Part shown: piece by piece, positions 61,875-64,000 of the stretch | Layout of the letters: each line of letters begins with the position of its first letter | How positions within the stretch are numbered: position 1 is the first letter of the stretch | Assembly: GCA_963665235.2 (NCBI GenBank) | Contig: CAXXLX010000001.1 | Span: forward strand, 2,432,001 to 2,496,000 | Source: Candidatus Poribacteria bacterium | Lineage (GTDB): Bacteria; Poribacteria; WGA-4E; WGA-3G | Reading direction: 5' to 3' | DNA length: 64,000 nucleotides | Translations under genes and position numbers: made by a program | Notes under the pieces: generated by a model | What the model was told of the DNA's origin: nothing | The model's input: only the letters and a program-made list of their open reading frames with translations | The model's database searches: none

Positions 61875-63530
61875 ATGAAAAAACATCAAATTTTTAGCAT
61901 CGTCTGCCTGCTTATCGCTTGGCATCTCAACGGGGCGGCAGCCGATATCGATGTCATTTGGGTTCGAGCAGGGGCAGTGCTTGAAATCCAGCAGGAACAC
62001 AACGTCGATAGTAAAATCAAAGTCGAAATGATGACTAATGGAACAGCACGTGAACTTGCTAAAACGCCAACAGTCCTGCGGATTGATGCTAAACGTGTCC
62101 TACTCCAATTTACATGGAAACCGAACCAACGTTATCAGTTTCGCCTAGAGAGGCATGTAACAGAGGCGACCTCGCCACTCAAACCGATGCCCTACTTAAT
62201 TCGTACGGTGCAACTGGATGGACTCTTATCGCTTTTGGAAAATCTCAGGCAGCCAGCGAAACCGACAACGGTCCTGTTTTCACCGGATGCGGAAAAACTT
62301 GCCATTGCAACCGACACCGGACACCTTGCAATTCTCCAACCGCTCACTGGCGAAATCCTTTGGAAAACCCGAATCTCCGAGGGCTATGTCAAATACATGG
62401 CATTTAGCACAGATAGCACTCGACTCTACATTGGCGAGCAGGCAGTGGATGGGTTTATCTATGCATACGACGTGTCGCAGTCTAAACCGACACGTCTCTG
62501 GAAATATCGCACAGCTGACGACATTGAAACCTCAACGCCGACTAATCCAGAAAACGTCTATGCCTGGATTAGCTACCCCGGTCCATCGTGCATGCGAACG
62601 CTAGCGAACGGTGACCTACTCGTTGCCAGCGTACACACATGGACTCAAAAGGACATATCGCATAGACAGTCTCAACTTTACCGGTTCAACGGGAAAACAG
62701 GCGAGCTCAGATGGAAATGGCCACGGGATGGGGCATTGCCGCGGATACTCCGTTGGTTTGACATCAGTGCTGATGGAAAAACACTCCCGCTTGTAACGGA
62801 TAAAAGCCGCCTGGGCAACGGAACGCTCTCTGTGCTCAATACTGAAACAGGAACAACACAGTGGCAGGCGAGTTTTGAACCGCTCACGCCATACTTTGAG
62901 GGTGTTAGTTTTTGGCGGGGAGTCAGTATATCACCGAATGGGAAGTTTATCAACATTACAGTGGATGATGGCCGTGCATACATCTTCGACGTGAATAAAC
63001 AGAAATCGATATGGCAGGACAATTTAACCACACCGCTTGAAATGGGTGGCATTCCAATCGTTGCAACTTCCGGCACGATAGGTGCAACGGATGCAGCCGC
63101 CCTCTTTGTAACAGGCGATACATATATTCCGTATCATCTCCAAAAGGGAGCACAACGGCCCTCGGCACTGCATCCAAACGGCATGACATTGTTTGCCTAT
63201 TCTTGGGAAGGGGAGAAAATATGGCAGTGGAAACTTGAGAATATGCCCCAAGGTTTACGAATTGATGGAAATGACCGATATGCTGTCCTTTCTGTCTCTA
63301 AAAAGAGCCGAAATCCGAATGAACACCTACACGGCGTTTCGGTATTTGACCTCACAGCGGCCGGCGGTGGCCTGTCGAAATATCTTTACACTTACCGCAC
63401 CGAGGGACAACTGCCCTATGATACGCTTGCTATCAGCGCGGATGGCAGTCTCATCGCTGTAGTTGAAATGCCGATTACGATGCCTGATAAGACCGTGCGC
63501 GGAAAAAATCGGGTGCATGTGCTATATTGA
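61875..63530 (+). CDS. Secreted PQQ/WD40-like beta-propeller protein
   Basis: Signal peptide, TGEILWK / TGELRWKW / GEKIWQW repeats, ISADG motifs. Confidence 0.8.
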   Translation: MKKHQIFSIVCLLIAWHLNGAAADIDVIWVRAGAVLEIQQEHNVDSKIKVEMMTNGTARELAKTPTVLRIDAKRVLLQFTWKPNQRYQFRLERHVTEATSPLKPMPYLIRTVQLDGLLSLLENLRQPAKPTTVLFSPDAEKLAIATDTGHLAILQPLTGEILWKTRISEGYVKYMAFSTDSTRLYIGEQAVDGFIYAYDVSQSKPTRLWKYRTADDIETSTPTNPENVYAWISYPGPSCMRTLANGDLLVASVHTWTQKDISHRQSQLYRFNGKTGELRWKWPRDGALPRILRWFDISADGKTLPLVTDKSRLGNGTLSVLNTETGTTQWQASFEPLTPYFEGVSFWRGVSISPNGKFINITVDDGRAYIFDVNKQKSIWQDNLTTPLEMGGIPIVATSGTIGATDAAALFVTGDTYIPYHLQKGAQRPSALHPNGMTLFAYSWEGEKIWQWKLENMPQGLRIDGNDRYAVLSVSKKSRNPNEHLHGVSVFDLTAAGGGLSKYLYTYRTEGQLPYDTLAISADGSLIAVVEMPITMPDKTVRGKNRVHVLY

Positions 63531-63680
63531 TTTTTTGTAGCACAATCGATTACTTCATGCCCTGGCTTACGCAAAATTGCAGAATATCGCTTAATCCAGC
63601 TGTAGGAGCGATTTCAAAACGCGCCTACCAGAGAATTGCACAAGTCCTAATTCCCTGATCAATTGCCATTTTTTTATCTG

Positions 63681-64000
63681 CTATAGGTTGTTCGATGGGC
63701 GTTCTTGTACCACAGGAATAACGTAACTCCGAATCGTCAAGCCATCTATCGATTCTGTCTCTGTTCGCGGTTCCGTTACTGCGCGGTGATCGAACACGAC
63801 ATAGTACCCCTCCGTTACGCCTTCTATTGCCAGATACGCGGCGAGTTGCTGCTTGCCTTGGGTATAACCTCTTTCACTTCTCCAAACCTTTGTTTCAACG
63901 ATATATTTTTTTTCGTTGTGAAGAATGAGCAGATCCATCCTGCCACGTCCGGTTGGAACTTCCATATACATTGCCCCGTTCACGCTAACAACGAACTGAT
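63681..64000 (-). CDS. C-terminal PD-(D/E)XK nuclease-like domain of a gene starting beyond the window
   Basis: GRGRMDL...YIVETK...QLAAYL...GYYVVFD; frame open to the window edge. Confidence 0.7.
   Translation of the reverse strand, partial: QFVVSVNGAMYMEVPTGRGRMDLLILHNEKKYIVETKVWRSERGYTQGKQQLAAYLAIEGVTEGYYVVFDHRAVTEPRTETESIDGLTIRSYVIPVVQERPSNNL

Overview
A 64-kb bacterial chromosomal segment. Its content (WD40/TPR/LamG proteins, cohesin-dockerin and YPNPFNPETWIPYQL C-terminal modules, LamG protein ending AVSPQAKLTTVWGKLK) resembles Candidatus Poribacteria; this is an inference. Housekeeping genes: trpF, a stand-alone fusA, degP, tRNA-Pro(GGG), hom, yceD-rpmF-fabH-fabD-fabG-acpP-fabF, folK, sucC, pgk, proS, sucD, panB and hisI-trpE-trpG. 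Main highlights: (1) an unannotated 30-aa leader peptide with an H-D-W-H-W-W-H run plus terminator/antiterminator upstream of hisI-trpE-trpG, a candidate dual His/Trp attenuator; (2) a cobalamin riboswitch upstream of an unusual three-gene operon (beta-propeller-dockerin, lipoprotein fused to an ECF S-component-like membrane domain, PQQ-like propeller); (3) an IsrB/omegaRNA element inserted exactly in the Walker B motif of an REase-NACHT defence-like gene; (4) a tnpB element broken by a 22-bp REP-like palindrome found again 33 kb away; (5) nested miniature inverted-repeat elements and GTAG-type REPs, one translated in frame inside trpE. Frameshifts in pgk and proS suggest indel errors in the assembly, so all pseudogene calls need read-level checks. 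No CRISPR array or rRNA was seen.
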